A stretch of DNA of 64,000 nucleotides, from contig JALHTW010000049.1 of NCBI GenBank assembly GCA_022866045.1, forward strand, positions 11,041 through 75,040. The letters are read 5' to 3'. Source of the stretch: Candidatus Aminicenantes bacterium (GTDB lineage: Bacteria > Acidobacteriota > Aminicenantia > Aminicenantales > UBA4085). Shown here in pieces: positions 1 to 10,307 of the stretch. Position 1 is the stretch's first letter. Each line of letters starts with the position of its first letter. The notes under the pieces are model-generated. The model did no database searches, was not told the DNA's origin, and saw only the letters and a list, made by a program, of their open reading frames with translations. The position numbers and the translations under genes were made by a program.

Positions 1-324
1 AGCCGCGACGAATTCCTTAGAGAACACGGGAATTCTTGAGATTCCCGTTTCCCGGCTGATTCCGTCTTGGAGGTTCTGGCGTCTCTGCACGTTACAACCC
101 GGAAATCCCCTCAACAAGATAATTATTAAACAGCGGCTTTCTTGGAAAAACCCTGGATGTCTTTTGACAGTTATTATGCATAGCTGGGGATGCGGGAGAA
201 ACCGTGGCAAGAAATATTCAACTTTCCTCATTCAAACGAAATCTTTGATACATTATCTCAAGCGAAAGAATTTTCGTTTTTGGACTTTGCAGGAAATAAG
301 ACAGAAAGTTATGGGAGAGGATAA

Positions 325-978
325 ATGAAATCCGATTCCCTAAAAAAGTTTTATGATGAAAATGCTTTAAAATGGCTAAAAATAAAAAAATCAAGGTCCA
401 TCGATAGAGTGGGAAAACTCCTCATCCAGACTCTGCCCATTAAGCGAGAGGCTGCTCTTGATTTGGGCTGTGGAACAGGAGTTTACGGTGAATTTCTTGG
501 GGGAAGGTTTAAAAAAGTCTGGGGCATAGACATTTCGCTTGAAATGCTTAAATTGGGAGAAGGATACCGTCGATCTATGGATTTCATCCAGGCGGATGCT
601 CTGCTCCTCCCATTTAAGAATAGTTCCGTCGACATTATTATTAGTTCAGGCTTAAGTGAGCATTTAAAGAAAGTAGAAGGATTATTTAGTGAAGTTTTTC
701 GCATTTTAAAACCCGAAGGATTGTTTTCCTTGAGCGTTTTGAATAAAAGCTCCATCTGGAATCGATATGGCTCATGGAACTATCCCTCAGGGCTTTACTA
801 TCATAGCTTCCATGAAATCAATAGGGCCGCTCAAGAGAACGGCTTAAAAAATAAAAAATTAAATTATTTGCTTTGGGCGGGGCCCTTTTCATCTCATCTG
901 CCCTCCTGCCTCGATAGGCTTGATTTTTATCTCCCCAGTTTCTTTTGTCATCGCTTTGTCGCTCTTTACTCAAAATAA
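325..978 (+). CDS. class I SAM-dependent methyltransferase (Methyltransf_11-like)
   Basis: Motif LDLGCGTGVYGEFL (SAM-binding motif I) followed by an acidic D/E loop and VDIIISSGLSEHL. Sits in the AT-rich segment. Confidence 0.7.
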   Translation: MKSDSLKKFYDENALKWLKIKKSRSIDRVGKLLIQTLPIKREAALDLGCGTGVYGEFLGGRFKKVWGIDISLEMLKLGEGYRRSMDFIQADALLLPFKNSSVDIIISSGLSEHLKKVEGLFSEVFRILKPEGLFSLSVLNKSSIWNRYGSWNYPSGLYYHSFHEINRAAQENGLKNKKLNYLLWAGPFSSHLPSCLDRLDFYLPSFFCHRFVALYSK

Positions 979-1140
979 TATTAAGCCGAATTTTCCCTCC
1001 ATTCGTTGTGCTCGTCATGCCTTTGAACGTATTTTCGCTGAGGAATCAGGTGGACTGGCTAATGCACCATTCCATCCCAAGAGTCAATCGCCGCCACCCG
1101 AGCCTCAACTCGAATTGAACTTGGGTTAATTCAGACAATT

Positions 1141-2148
1141 ATGACAAAATTTATGGAAAATGTCTGTGTTCGCCAAATTGAGAGAGACCGGTGGGAAGAA
1201 GTCATAAATCATTTTCCTTATAACCTTTATAACACTCTTTCAATGATTGATGTCATTTGTAATTCCTATAACGGAGAAGCAATTTTTCTGACTTTTTGGC
1301 GAAAAGATAATCTTGTGGGATGCATGAATTTAATCTTGGTGAAAGAACTTTATTTAAAATCCGCCTTTGCTCCCATGACTCGGCTCTGGGGACGCCCGAC
1401 CCTTCTTCTCTTAGAGGCTGAAAAAAATAATATTAAAATGTTTGTGGACTTGCTTTGCCGATACTTAAAACAAATGAACGTTGACGTCCTTCACATCTAT
1501 TTCCTCTTGCCTCAGGATTATCCTTATTTGATTAAGCGTCTGGACACAAAAATCATTTCCTTAGAGGATAAACCTGAAAATTTGTGGAAAAGGGTTCATC
1601 CTACGGGGAAGCGTCGATATGTTCAATATGCCCTAAAATATGGAGTTAATGTTAGGCCGTTAGAAAGCTATCGGGACCTCGAGACCTTCTATCAGATGTA
1701 TACCGAGGTCTGGAATAAGATGGATATTTCCCGCTATTTCCGTAAGAAACATACACTCGCGTACTTTCAGAATTTAATCAACAATCCCCAAAATATCCTC
1801 TGGCTGGCTTATCGGGAGAAGACATTGCTGGCTGGGACACTGGTAACATCTGGAAATGGCACGGCCTACTATCAGCACAACGCCTCATTTAGCAAGTATC
1901 AAAAATATTTCCCAAACCACTTGCTGATGTGGAACGCCATAAAATCCGCTGCCGCGAGCGGAAACCAGTATTTTGACTTAGCTGGAGTGTATCTAAATAT
2001 GAAAAGAGGAATTTTTAAAAGTGGTTGGGGAAAGTCATGCCAAGAATCATATTATTACTATTCCATCCCTCTAAGCCAGAAAGGAAAGATTCTTGTCAAA
2101 ACCTTCAAATTCGAGAATAAGCTTTACAATATTTTCATTAAAAGATGA
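1141..2148 (+). CDS. FemAB/BioF2-like GNAT-fold acyl/aminoacyl transferase (Acetyltransf_6-like)
   Basis: C-terminal signature GTAYYQHNASF...LLMWNAIKSAAASGNQYFDLAGV...FKSGWG is typical of the FemAB-like family. Overlaps the next gene by ATGA at 2145. Confidence 0.45.
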   Translation: MTKFMENVCVRQIERDRWEEVINHFPYNLYNTLSMIDVICNSYNGEAIFLTFWRKDNLVGCMNLILVKELYLKSAFAPMTRLWGRPTLLLLEAEKNNIKMFVDLLCRYLKQMNVDVLHIYFLLPQDYPYLIKRLDTKIISLEDKPENLWKRVHPTGKRRYVQYALKYGVNVRPLESYRDLETFYQMYTEVWNKMDISRYFRKKHTLAYFQNLINNPQNILWLAYREKTLLAGTLVTSGNGTAYYQHNASFSKYQKYFPNHLLMWNAIKSAAASGNQYFDLAGVYLNMKRGIFKSGWGKSCQESYYYYSIPLSQKGKILVKTFKFENKLYNIFIKR

Positions 2149-3467
2149 AACTTTTTAAGAATTTTGTTCGTTTTGTGGTTTCCCATAGGGAAAAGACAAA
2201 AAATCTTTTTAAAAATATTTTTCTTTTAGGCAGTGCGAATTTCATCGAACAAATTCTTTTTTTTATCCTTTATGTTTGGATTGCCAGAAAATTCGATCCC
2301 CAGCAATACGGCTATTTTTTTACCGCACTTGTCTTTTCCAGGATTGCTTTTAGGATATCAGAATTCGGCATAAACACAGTCATTACTCGCGATATCTCGC
2401 GAAATCACGAGCTTGCACCCAGCTATTTAGGAAATATTTTCACCTTGAGAGGTTTTATCTGCGTAATGACCTTATTCCTTATCCAACCCTTGATATACAT
2501 TATTGGCTATGAGCATCCCATTATAATAAGCGTGGAGTTTCTTTCAATTTACATAATTATCTGGGGATTTTCGCAATCCATTGGGGCCGCCTTTAGGGGC
2601 TTAGAAAGACAAGATATTGTGGCTTTGATAATTGTTTCTGGAATTATTCCACTCTTCATGCTCCTGGGGCTTGCTTTAATGGCCGGAACGACCATTCATA
2701 CGATAGAATTTTTATTCATTTTGGGAGCAGGAATACAACTCTACGTTGGATACATGTTAATGACTCATCTTGTGGGTAAATTTAAGCTCTCATACGATAT
2801 TGGTCTTTGGAAAAAAACATTAAAAGACTCCTTACCCTTAGGATTGGCTGGGATGTTTGCCTTAGTCTATTTTCGTATAGATACATTGATATTGTCCTTT
2901 TATTTCCCGCAAGGAAAAATCGTCGGATTATATAATACGGCCTACAATATTTTTGTCGCCCTTACTTTTTTACCCTTTATTTTCTATCAGATAGCTCTCC
3001 CTCTCTTTTCAAGGCTAGCTTTAAAATCTCTATCAAAACTCCGCTCTTATTATTATTACTCTCTTTTCGGCATTGGCCTTTGCGCCTTTAGCATTTCAGC
3101 CGCGGTATTTTTTTGTGCGAAGCCCCTCACTTTTTTTGTTTACGGTGAGAAGTATCTTGCTTCGGTGGAAGCGCTCAAAATTCTGTCTCCAGCAAGCATC
3201 TTGACATCATTAGGTTTTGTCTCCATGTCTGTGCTGACAGCGCTGAATCTTTCAAAAAAGTTATTAAAAGCAACCTTTGTTGCGGTCATAACAAATATTG
3301 TCCTGAACTTAATATTGATTCCTCATCTAGGTATGACAGGGGCTGCAGTGAATACGATCATTACCGAAGGCACATTTTTTGCCATATGCTCCCGCGACAT
3401 CGCGCTATTTTTTAACCGAGCACAGCGTGCGGATTATTGCGTAAGCTTGAAGAGCACCGAGGTGTAA
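2145..3467 (+). CDS. Wzx-like oligosaccharide flippase (MOP/polysaccharide biosynthesis protein family)
   Basis: 440 aa with about 12-14 hydrophobic helices, in glycan-locus context. Confidence 0.55.
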   Translation: MKLFKNFVRFVVSHREKTKNLFKNIFLLGSANFIEQILFFILYVWIARKFDPQQYGYFFTALVFSRIAFRISEFGINTVITRDISRNHELAPSYLGNIFTLRGFICVMTLFLIQPLIYIIGYEHPIIISVEFLSIYIIIWGFSQSIGAAFRGLERQDIVALIIVSGIIPLFMLLGLALMAGTTIHTIEFLFILGAGIQLYVGYMLMTHLVGKFKLSYDIGLWKKTLKDSLPLGLAGMFALVYFRIDTLILSFYFPQGKIVGLYNTAYNIFVALTFLPFIFYQIALPLFSRLALKSLSKLRSYYYYSLFGIGLCAFSISAAVFFCAKPLTFFVYGEKYLASVEALKILSPASILTSLGFVSMSVLTALNLSKKLLKATFVAVITNIVLNLILIPHLGMTGAAVNTIITEGTFFAICSRDIALFFNRAQRADYCVSLKSTEV

Positions 3468-3469
3468 AG

Positions 3470-5425
3470 ATGCTCAGTAAGCAAAGAATTATTAAGGAGC
3501 TTATACCTTTAATCATAGTCGTTTCCATCTCCTTCATTGTTCTCCCGGTTTCGGGCGTTAATGTCGGCAATAATACAGCCAAAATCCTCCATGAAGCACA
3601 TCAAGTATCCCATGGCAAAACTCTCAATATGACTTTTGAAGATCAACAGGCAACCAGAGGACCGCTTTTGCCGTTGATCCTGGCTTTGAGCTTTAAATTG
3701 GGAGGGAAGGATGTCCAGGCTGCCTCGTTGGCGGCAAGGAGTTTTTTTACCCTAATTATTATTTTAGCTTATCTTCTAGGAAGGATATTATTTAGCGCAG
3801 GTGTAGGTTTTCTCTTTAGCAGTCTTGTTCTGACATCATATGGCATCAATGAAGCAGCCGTCGCCATTAATACGGACATTATCCATCCTTTTTTCAACTT
3901 GCTCTTTGTGCTTTTATTTTATCTCGCCAAGAAAAAATCAAGTTGCACGTGGGCTGTTCTTTCTGGGTTCATCTTGGGGCTGGCCTTGATGGTTAAAGAA
4001 TCAGCTATTTTCTGTTTAGGTGTTCCTTTGGCTATGGCTGTCTTTGCCCCTCCCCAAAAAAAGAAGGAGGGGATCAAACTCGCTTTTTGGGTGATAATAG
4101 CGGTAACATTGACGTTAAGTCCCTGGGCTTTTTACATATTTAAAAACCATGGCTCATTGCTTCCCATGCTTGGTGTTGCACATCCCCAATATCAAATGGC
4201 GACGGCAAAGCAGATTGGCTATCATAGCCCCTTCGCCTATTGGGTTTCCCTGTTTTCGACGGGCTTGCTCAAAGCAATATTCAACTTTTATCAGAACGTA
4301 TTACAAAAAGTTACTCCCCTGTCTCCTTTATTGATAGTCTCCTGCCTATTTGCCTTTATCCGGGCAGTGTTCTTCAGAAAGCTCAGCGACCTGCTCCTGG
4401 TAATTTCTTTGATTTGTTTCTTACCTTTGATTCTAAGAGTAGGCGATCTGGGGCTGAGATTGGGCCAAACAGTTATGATCTATATGTTATTATATCTTTT
4501 CCTGGCCATTTTTATCATCTCAAGCATAAATTTTCTCGTGGAATATGTCCCTAAGGTTCTGAGAGGATCTAACTTTTTTCTATTTAAAAAGATTTTAAAG
4601 CCAATCCGGTCGCCTTTAGCCTCAAAAAAACGCGATGCTAAACTATCTTCCTTGAATAAAAAGAAGTTAACCGTTAGTTTATTGATAACTTTGGTCGGAT
4701 TCTTCCTCATTATGAATCAATTGATTGGAAAGAACCGTACATGGGAAATGTGGAAATCCGGAGAGCACGCTCTCGCTATCTTCTCAAAAAAGTCATTCGA
4801 GGTTCGCGGCCGGTATACTACCCGGCAACAGAAGGCAGCCGAATGGCTAAAAATGAATGCCACAAAACAGGCTAAGCTTGCAGCCGATGGATTCACCCAG
4901 GAGGCATTAGATTTTTTTGACGCCTCAAACAATGAAGTCTCTGTATTTCACACCGCAAAAGAAATTGTCGTGCCCATTGACATTATAAAAAAAAGAGATG
5001 ACAATTCCCGACTCCTTTTCTTAATAACTTATCATTCTTTCTGTAACGGCCCTGAGAGACTCCGTGCCATGTTCCTCATATTTGAGGACGATATCTTGAA
5101 TTTTCTGAGAAAAGATAAACCAGATTATCTTATTATTTCAGGAAGAGGCCTATTCATGAGAATCTACTTAGACCGAGCTTATTGGGCTCATTTGAGATTT
5201 GACAATAAAGATCTTCGAATCTATGAAATTAACCATGAGAAAATAGGGCCTGTGATATTTGAACACATTGGTGTAAATGAAACGATTAATGAGCACCTCG
5301 CCTGGCTGAGTAAGAATCATCCTGAGGAGTATTTGTTATTCAAAGAAAAAATTGCCATTTTGGGATTAAATGTAGAGATGCTTGTGAATAGTCCATATAA
5401 ACTCCAGAGCGGAGAGGTCTACTGA
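3470..5425 (+). CDS. polytopic membrane protein with large C-terminal soluble domain, possibly a GT-C fold (ArnT/PMT-like) glycosyltransferase
   Basis: N-terminal ~400 aa with multiple TM helices, then a ~250 aa soluble domain. Start moved to ATG 3470, abutting the upstream stop. Confidence 0.3.
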   Translation: MLSKQRIIKELIPLIIVVSISFIVLPVSGVNVGNNTAKILHEAHQVSHGKTLNMTFEDQQATRGPLLPLILALSFKLGGKDVQAASLAARSFFTLIIILAYLLGRILFSAGVGFLFSSLVLTSYGINEAAVAINTDIIHPFFNLLFVLLFYLAKKKSSCTWAVLSGFILGLALMVKESAIFCLGVPLAMAVFAPPQKKKEGIKLAFWVIIAVTLTLSPWAFYIFKNHGSLLPMLGVAHPQYQMATAKQIGYHSPFAYWVSLFSTGLLKAIFNFYQNVLQKVTPLSPLLIVSCLFAFIRAVFFRKLSDLLLVISLICFLPLILRVGDLGLRLGQTVMIYMLLYLFLAIFIISSINFLVEYVPKVLRGSNFFLFKKILKPIRSPLASKKRDAKLSSLNKKKLTVSLLITLVGFFLIMNQLIGKNRTWEMWKSGEHALAIFSKKSFEVRGRYTTRQQKAAEWLKMNATKQAKLAADGFTQEALDFFDASNNEVSVFHTAKEIVVPIDIIKKRDDNSRLLFLITYHSFCNGPERLRAMFLIFEDDILNFLRKDKPDYLIISGRGLFMRIYLDRAYWAHLRFDNKDLRIYEINHEKIGPVIFEHIGVNETINEHLAWLSKNHPEEYLLFKEKIAILGLNVEMLVNSPYKLQSGEVY

Positions 5426-5592
5426 CAGAATAAACTCAAAATAACGCCTCCTCAGCGCTCTTGAAGAAGAAAAGTGGCGATCAAAGTATAATGCTTAACG
5501 AGAAAATCAGGAAACGGAGACTCTCCATCGAGGCCTAAAAAACAGCCGGTGCCGGTTCCCCCGGGGACAAATCTATTAAAGGATTTCTTCAT

Positions 5593-7143
5593 ATGATCGG
5601 AAAAGATCGCATCCAGGAGATTTTACGGGAAAAACGTCCGGCTTTCGAACTGATCGTCCTATGCTTGGCCGCCCTTCTTCTTGGCCTGCTTTTTATTAAG
5701 AATCTTATGTTTTTTCTTCTTTTTTGTGTCGCCGTGGCGGGGCTCGCCCTGTTCTTATGGTTGAGCTCGGTCCGCAAGGAAACGCTCCTCACTTTCGCTC
5801 TCATGATCATGCTCTGGCTCGGATTCCTCCATGCTCCCTTCACTTCGGGCAATTATGTATTCTGGCTGCAGGAGCTGTTGATCCTGGCTTGTTTAAGCGT
5901 AATGATGATGCGGAGAGGAAAACATACGCGGCCGGCGTTCTGGCCCATTCTGATTCCCTACGGAATCGTCTGTTTTATGACGCTCGTACCCACCCTCAAT
6001 AACGAATCCCTCGTCACTTACCTAAACGGCGTGAGACGAATCGCCATCGCTCCCCTGCTGTTCATTCTGGGACAATTGCTGGCCCAGGAGAGATCTTCCC
6101 GAACGGCCTTTCGGGTTTTCCTCTGGACATTCGTCCTTCAGCTTCCCGCCTGCTTGATCCTGATCTATTGGCACACCGGGTCCTTTTTCCAACTTCCGGG
6201 AGCGGACCTGCTGACGGGCACGTTCGGACGCGGCGGGACAGGATATATCGTCATCTTCATGTCCGCCGTTCTCGGTATATCCGTGTGGCTGTTTGCCAAG
6301 CGGCAGCTTTCCTTAAAGATTCTGGCCCTTCTGAGCGGAATCTTTCTAGTGTTGGGAAGATGGTCTGATCTCAAATTTATTTATCTCCTCCTTCCTTTGA
6401 CCTTAGGCGTCGCCTTTCTTCTCGTGGTGAGGCAGCGGTCGTCCTCCAGGAAATGGAAGGCTCTCGTGGCCGAGTTGGCCGGCCTGACCATCCTCTTTGT
6501 CGTCCTTCTCTTGGTTATTTCGGCTTCTTCGGTCCGCTTCCACTCCGGCACTCTTGCAATTTCCTCCATGTTCAACCCGGACTATATACGTCAAGCTCTC
6601 TTTGTCGACTCAAAGGGAATCGTCACCTCAAACGAAGGGCGGGAATTCAGCCGCTATGGGGTTCTCGTCTATGCCTTGAATTTCATCTCTCGCGATTTCG
6701 TGACCCGAGCGGCGGGGCATGGTTTGGGGAGCACCGCCACCGAGGGCGCCTTGGGAGAGACCAAGCTGGGCCAGATGGTGGGCATAAGAAATATTGATTA
6801 TTCAACGCTATCCGTTCTTTTATTTGAGACTGGAATAGGGGGGACGCTTCTCTATCTTGCCCCTTTTTGCATCCTGATGGCGTCGGCTTTCTTTTCTTTG
6901 CGAAAAAAGAAGGTGTTGGGTACGGACCTGGAAATATTGAGCGGCATGGTCGTTCTCTACGGTTTCTGTCTTCTGGCCAGTCTTCCTTACAACGGTTTTG
7001 CCGTGACGCCGCGGGGAGGCGGAGTTTTCTGGCTGTTGGGGGGTCTCTGGTATGCCGCCCGCCGGAAAGCGTTTTCTAAGGCCGAAGGTCTTCCCCATGA
7101 TACTGATGAGCAGGGAGTTCAACATGCTCCTCCCAAATCTTGA
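5593..7143 (+). CDS. polytopic membrane protein, putative O-antigen polymerase/ligase-like (Wzy-like)
   Basis: 516 aa, more than 10 TM segments, glycan-locus context. The AT-rich to GC-rich transition occurs just upstream. Confidence 0.35.
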   Translation: MIGKDRIQEILREKRPAFELIVLCLAALLLGLLFIKNLMFFLLFCVAVAGLALFLWLSSVRKETLLTFALMIMLWLGFLHAPFTSGNYVFWLQELLILACLSVMMMRRGKHTRPAFWPILIPYGIVCFMTLVPTLNNESLVTYLNGVRRIAIAPLLFILGQLLAQERSSRTAFRVFLWTFVLQLPACLILIYWHTGSFFQLPGADLLTGTFGRGGTGYIVIFMSAVLGISVWLFAKRQLSLKILALLSGIFLVLGRWSDLKFIYLLLPLTLGVAFLLVVRQRSSSRKWKALVAELAGLTILFVVLLLVISASSVRFHSGTLAISSMFNPDYIRQALFVDSKGIVTSNEGREFSRYGVLVYALNFISRDFVTRAAGHGLGSTATEGALGETKLGQMVGIRNIDYSTLSVLLFETGIGGTLLYLAPFCILMASAFFSLRKKKVLGTDLEILSGMVVLYGFCLLASLPYNGFAVTPRGGGVFWLLGGLWYAARRKAFSKAEGLPHDTDEQGVQHAPPKS

Positions 7144-7164
7144 TGAGGACCGCATTCTCGAGAG

Positions 7165-8397
7165 ATGAATAGATGTTTATCGATTCTGTCCATTGCCGAC
7201 AGGCGTTTTCCCACGACCCAGTCTTTCCTGGGAGAGGTGATGGCCAAAATCCTGCCGGCGCGCGGACACCGGGTGAGATGGATCCTCCAGTCGGACTCTC
7301 CCCTCCGGGAGCCTCGAAAAGTTCGGTGGCACGGCAGCGATGTTTTCCTCTTGCCGTCCAAGACGAGAAATTCATTGCCGGAGAAGGTCCTCGACTGGAT
7401 TCCCAGGGCTTTCAACACCATCCGTTGCTTCAATAGGCTGGTGAAGATCGAACGTCCGGACATCATTCAGATCCGCAACGACTGGATCTCGGGATTATGG
7501 GCCCTCCGTATTCGCCGTAAATACGGGATCCCCTTTGTCTTTCAATATTCAAGGCCAGGGCCGGGATATCACCTGCAGAGGGCTCAAAAGGCCTCTCTCA
7601 CTTCCCGCCTCGGACTGATTTTCCGGGGACGTCTCGAAAATAGACTTGTTCATCGGATTTTGCGGCAGGCCGATCACGTCCTGCCCATCAGCGAGTGGAT
7701 GAAGGAAGCACTTGCCGCGTGGGGAATTCCTGATGACCGGATGACTCCCTTTCCCTTGGGATTCAACATCGACGTCTCTCCCGACAAAGTTTCAGGAAGC
7801 AGAATCAGGGAGAAGTATGGATTGGGCCGCGTCCCCGTCGTACTCTATTTCGGGGAGCTTGCCAGATTTAGAAAATTGGATTTTTTGCTCCGAACCATTA
7901 AACTGGTTATCCAAAAGATCCCTCAGACAAAGCTTTTAATCGTCGGAGGCAGCGAACGAAGCGGCGATGTGGCCAGTCTCAAAAAGGAGGCCGAGGAATT
8001 GGGATTAAAAGACCAGGTCATTTTTACGGGAAAAGTGCCGCGAGAAGAGATTCCCGAGTACATTGTCGCTTCCGACGTGGGCGTTTCGCCCATCCCCCCC
8101 ATTCCCATTTACTGGATCAGCTCACCCACCAAGCTCATTGAGACCATGGGCATGGCCCGGGCTGCGGTGGCCAATGATATCCCGGAACAAAAAGCGGTTC
8201 TGGAGGAGAGCGGCGCCGGCCTATGCGTGCCTTATGAGGAACAGGCCTTTGCCGAGGCGATTCTCTCTCTCCTGCGGTCTCCGGAGCTGGCCCGCAAAAT
8301 GGGATTGAAGGGCCGCCGGTACGTAGAAAACAAGCGGAGCTATCAGGACATGGCTGGCAAGCTCGAAAATATTTATTTATCGTTGGTGAGCAGATGA
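7165..8397 (+). CDS. glycosyltransferase family 4 (GT-B, Glycos_transf_1)
   Basis: N-terminus FPTTQSFLGEVMAKILPARGHRV matches the GT4 N-domain. C-terminal motifs EELGL..VIFTG and E..G..LLEAMA-like are present. Confidence 0.7.
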   Translation: MNRCLSILSIADRRFPTTQSFLGEVMAKILPARGHRVRWILQSDSPLREPRKVRWHGSDVFLLPSKTRNSLPEKVLDWIPRAFNTIRCFNRLVKIERPDIIQIRNDWISGLWALRIRRKYGIPFVFQYSRPGPGYHLQRAQKASLTSRLGLIFRGRLENRLVHRILRQADHVLPISEWMKEALAAWGIPDDRMTPFPLGFNIDVSPDKVSGSRIREKYGLGRVPVVLYFGELARFRKLDFLLRTIKLVIQKIPQTKLLIVGGSERSGDVASLKKEAEELGLKDQVIFTGKVPREEIPEYIVASDVGVSPIPPIPIYWISSPTKLIETMGMARAAVANDIPEQKAVLEESGAGLCVPYEEQAFAEAILSLLRSPELARKMGLKGRRYVENKRSYQDMAGKLENIYLSLVSR

Positions 8398-9296
8398 ACG
8401 AAAAGATGATTCCTCCAAAAAAATTGGGAAGATACTATAAAGCGTTCGCCGACAAACTCTCGCCGAAAACCCTTGATGAAAACGGAGTTCCTCTTTTGCC
8501 CTTTGGGCCTCCTCTGGGACCTCAATATTCTCCCGTCCTGGTTTCTCAGTATGCCCTGGGGCTTTTCAATCGATACATCGAGAAAGGAAGAGAGGAAGAC
8601 CGTGAGTCCTTTCTTGCTCTGGCCGACTGGTTCGTCCGGTCTGCGGTCCGGAGGAACGATTTCTTGGTTTGGGAATACAGATACGACCTCTGGAAATATA
8701 ACGCCCGAGCGCCCTGGATTTCGGGGATGGCCCAGGGGGAAGCCCTGTCCGTGCTGCTGAGGGCTTATGAATTGACGGAGCAGGATGTCTATCGGGACGC
8801 GGCGACCCAGTCTCTCGGGAGCTTCGAGCATGAGATCGAGAAAAGGGGCGTCCGCTCTCGGGACCGGCAAGGCCGAGTTTTCTACGAAGAAGTCGCCGCC
8901 GATCCGCCGGCTCACATTCTCAACGGCTTCATCTCGGCCTTGTGGGGATTGGAGGAGTATCACCGAGTCTTTAATGACTCGAGAAGCTTGAGCTTGTTCA
9001 ATGCGGGGATTCAGACTCTCAACGAACGGCTTGCCGATTACGACAATGGCTATTGGACCCGTTACTCTCTTTTTTATCCGAATCAAATCGCTTCGACGCA
9101 CTATCATCGAGTTCACATTCTTCAGATGGGAACCCTTTTTGCCATCACCGGTCAGGAGGTCTTTGGGGAATGGGCAGAGCGATGGCGGCGTTATCAGCAT
9201 AACGTCTTCAGCCGCATGAAGCAGGCGGTCGCCTATCGTTGGTTCCGCCTCTTCTATCTTATCCGGAGACTCCGGACGTTCCTCTCTTTATCCTGA
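8394..9296 (+). CDS. D-glucuronyl C5-epimerase C-terminal-domain-like protein
   Basis: Motifs VLVSQYALGLF and APWISGMAQGEALSVLLRAY resemble the PF06662 family. ATGA overlap with the upstream GT4. Confidence 0.4.
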   Translation: MNEKMIPPKKLGRYYKAFADKLSPKTLDENGVPLLPFGPPLGPQYSPVLVSQYALGLFNRYIEKGREEDRESFLALADWFVRSAVRRNDFLVWEYRYDLWKYNARAPWISGMAQGEALSVLLRAYELTEQDVYRDAATQSLGSFEHEIEKRGVRSRDRQGRVFYEEVAADPPAHILNGFISALWGLEEYHRVFNDSRSLSLFNAGIQTLNERLADYDNGYWTRYSLFYPNQIASTHYHRVHILQMGTLFAITGQEVFGEWAERWRRYQHNVFSRMKQAVAYRWFRLFYLIRRLRTFLSLS

Positions 9297-9305
9297 GATC
9301 GACCC

Positions 9306-10307
9306 ATGCGAGTGCTCGCGCTTGCCGACCTTCCCTCGGAAGGGACACACGTCGAAGGCATCTTCATCCAAAGGCAAATCGAATCCCTTCGCCGGCTGGG
9401 TGTTCAGGTCGATGTCATGTCTATCGGAGGGAAGAAGAATTCGTTGAATTACGTTCGATTGATTGGTAGACTATTGCACCGGAAAATTCCGCGAGGTTTC
9501 GACCTCGTTCATGCGCATTACGGCCTGACCGGATTTTTCGCCCGTTTTCAGCGGAAGCTGCCCTTGGTCGTGACATATCGCGGGTCTGATGTTTTCGGTA
9601 TTGTGGGCTCGAATTTCCAATATACTCTGAAAGGACGAATCATTGTCATGTTGAGCCTGAGAGCGGCCCGTTGGGCCGACGGCGTCATCGCCGTCTCCCG
9701 GAAAATCTCCGAGAGAATTCCGGCGAGAGTTCCGGTTCACATCATTCCCTCGGGCGTGGACCTTGACCGGTTCCGGCCTATGTCCAGGCAGGAAACGAGA
9801 GAAATCCTGGGGCTCCCGGGAGAAGGTCGTCTCGTCCTCTTCGCCGCCAATCCCCGGGAACCGCATAAGCGATTTGACCTGGCTCAGGACGCTGTAAACC
9901 GGCTTCGCGGGCAAGGCCTGGATGATGTGAAATTGATCGTCCCCTATCCCGTCCCCCCAGACCGGATGCCCCTTTACATGAATGCCTGTAACGTTCTCCT
10001 TCTCACGTCTCTCCATGAAGGGTCTCCAAACGTCGTCAAAGAAGCCCTGGCCTGCAATCTTCCCGTCGTCTCCACGGCCGTGGGAGACGTTCCGGAGCTG
10101 CTGGCGGGCCTCGAAGGCTGTTTTTTGTGCGGTTTTTCGGCCGAAGAAATCGCTGCCAGACTGAGACTGGCCCTTGAAGCCGGAGCGCTCTCCGGGGGGA
10201 GAGCCAAAATGGAACAGATCAGCACTTCCAAGACCGCGGAACAGGTCCTCGAGGTATATCGGGAAACTCTGCAGAGGTGGGAAAAGCGGCGGAGGATAGC
10301 ATCATGA
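9306..10307 (+). CDS. glycosyltransferase family 4
   Basis: GT-B two-domain architecture with C-terminal EGSPNVVKEALACNLPVVST (E-x7-E-like motif). Confidence 0.7.
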   Translation: MRVLALADLPSEGTHVEGIFIQRQIESLRRLGVQVDVMSIGGKKNSLNYVRLIGRLLHRKIPRGFDLVHAHYGLTGFFARFQRKLPLVVTYRGSDVFGIVGSNFQYTLKGRIIVMLSLRAARWADGVIAVSRKISERIPARVPVHIIPSGVDLDRFRPMSRQETREILGLPGEGRLVLFAANPREPHKRFDLAQDAVNRLRGQGLDDVKLIVPYPVPPDRMPLYMNACNVLLLTSLHEGSPNVVKEALACNLPVVSTAVGDVPELLAGLEGCFLCGFSAEEIAARLRLALEAGALSGGRAKMEQISTSKTAEQVLEVYRETLQRWEKRRRIAS

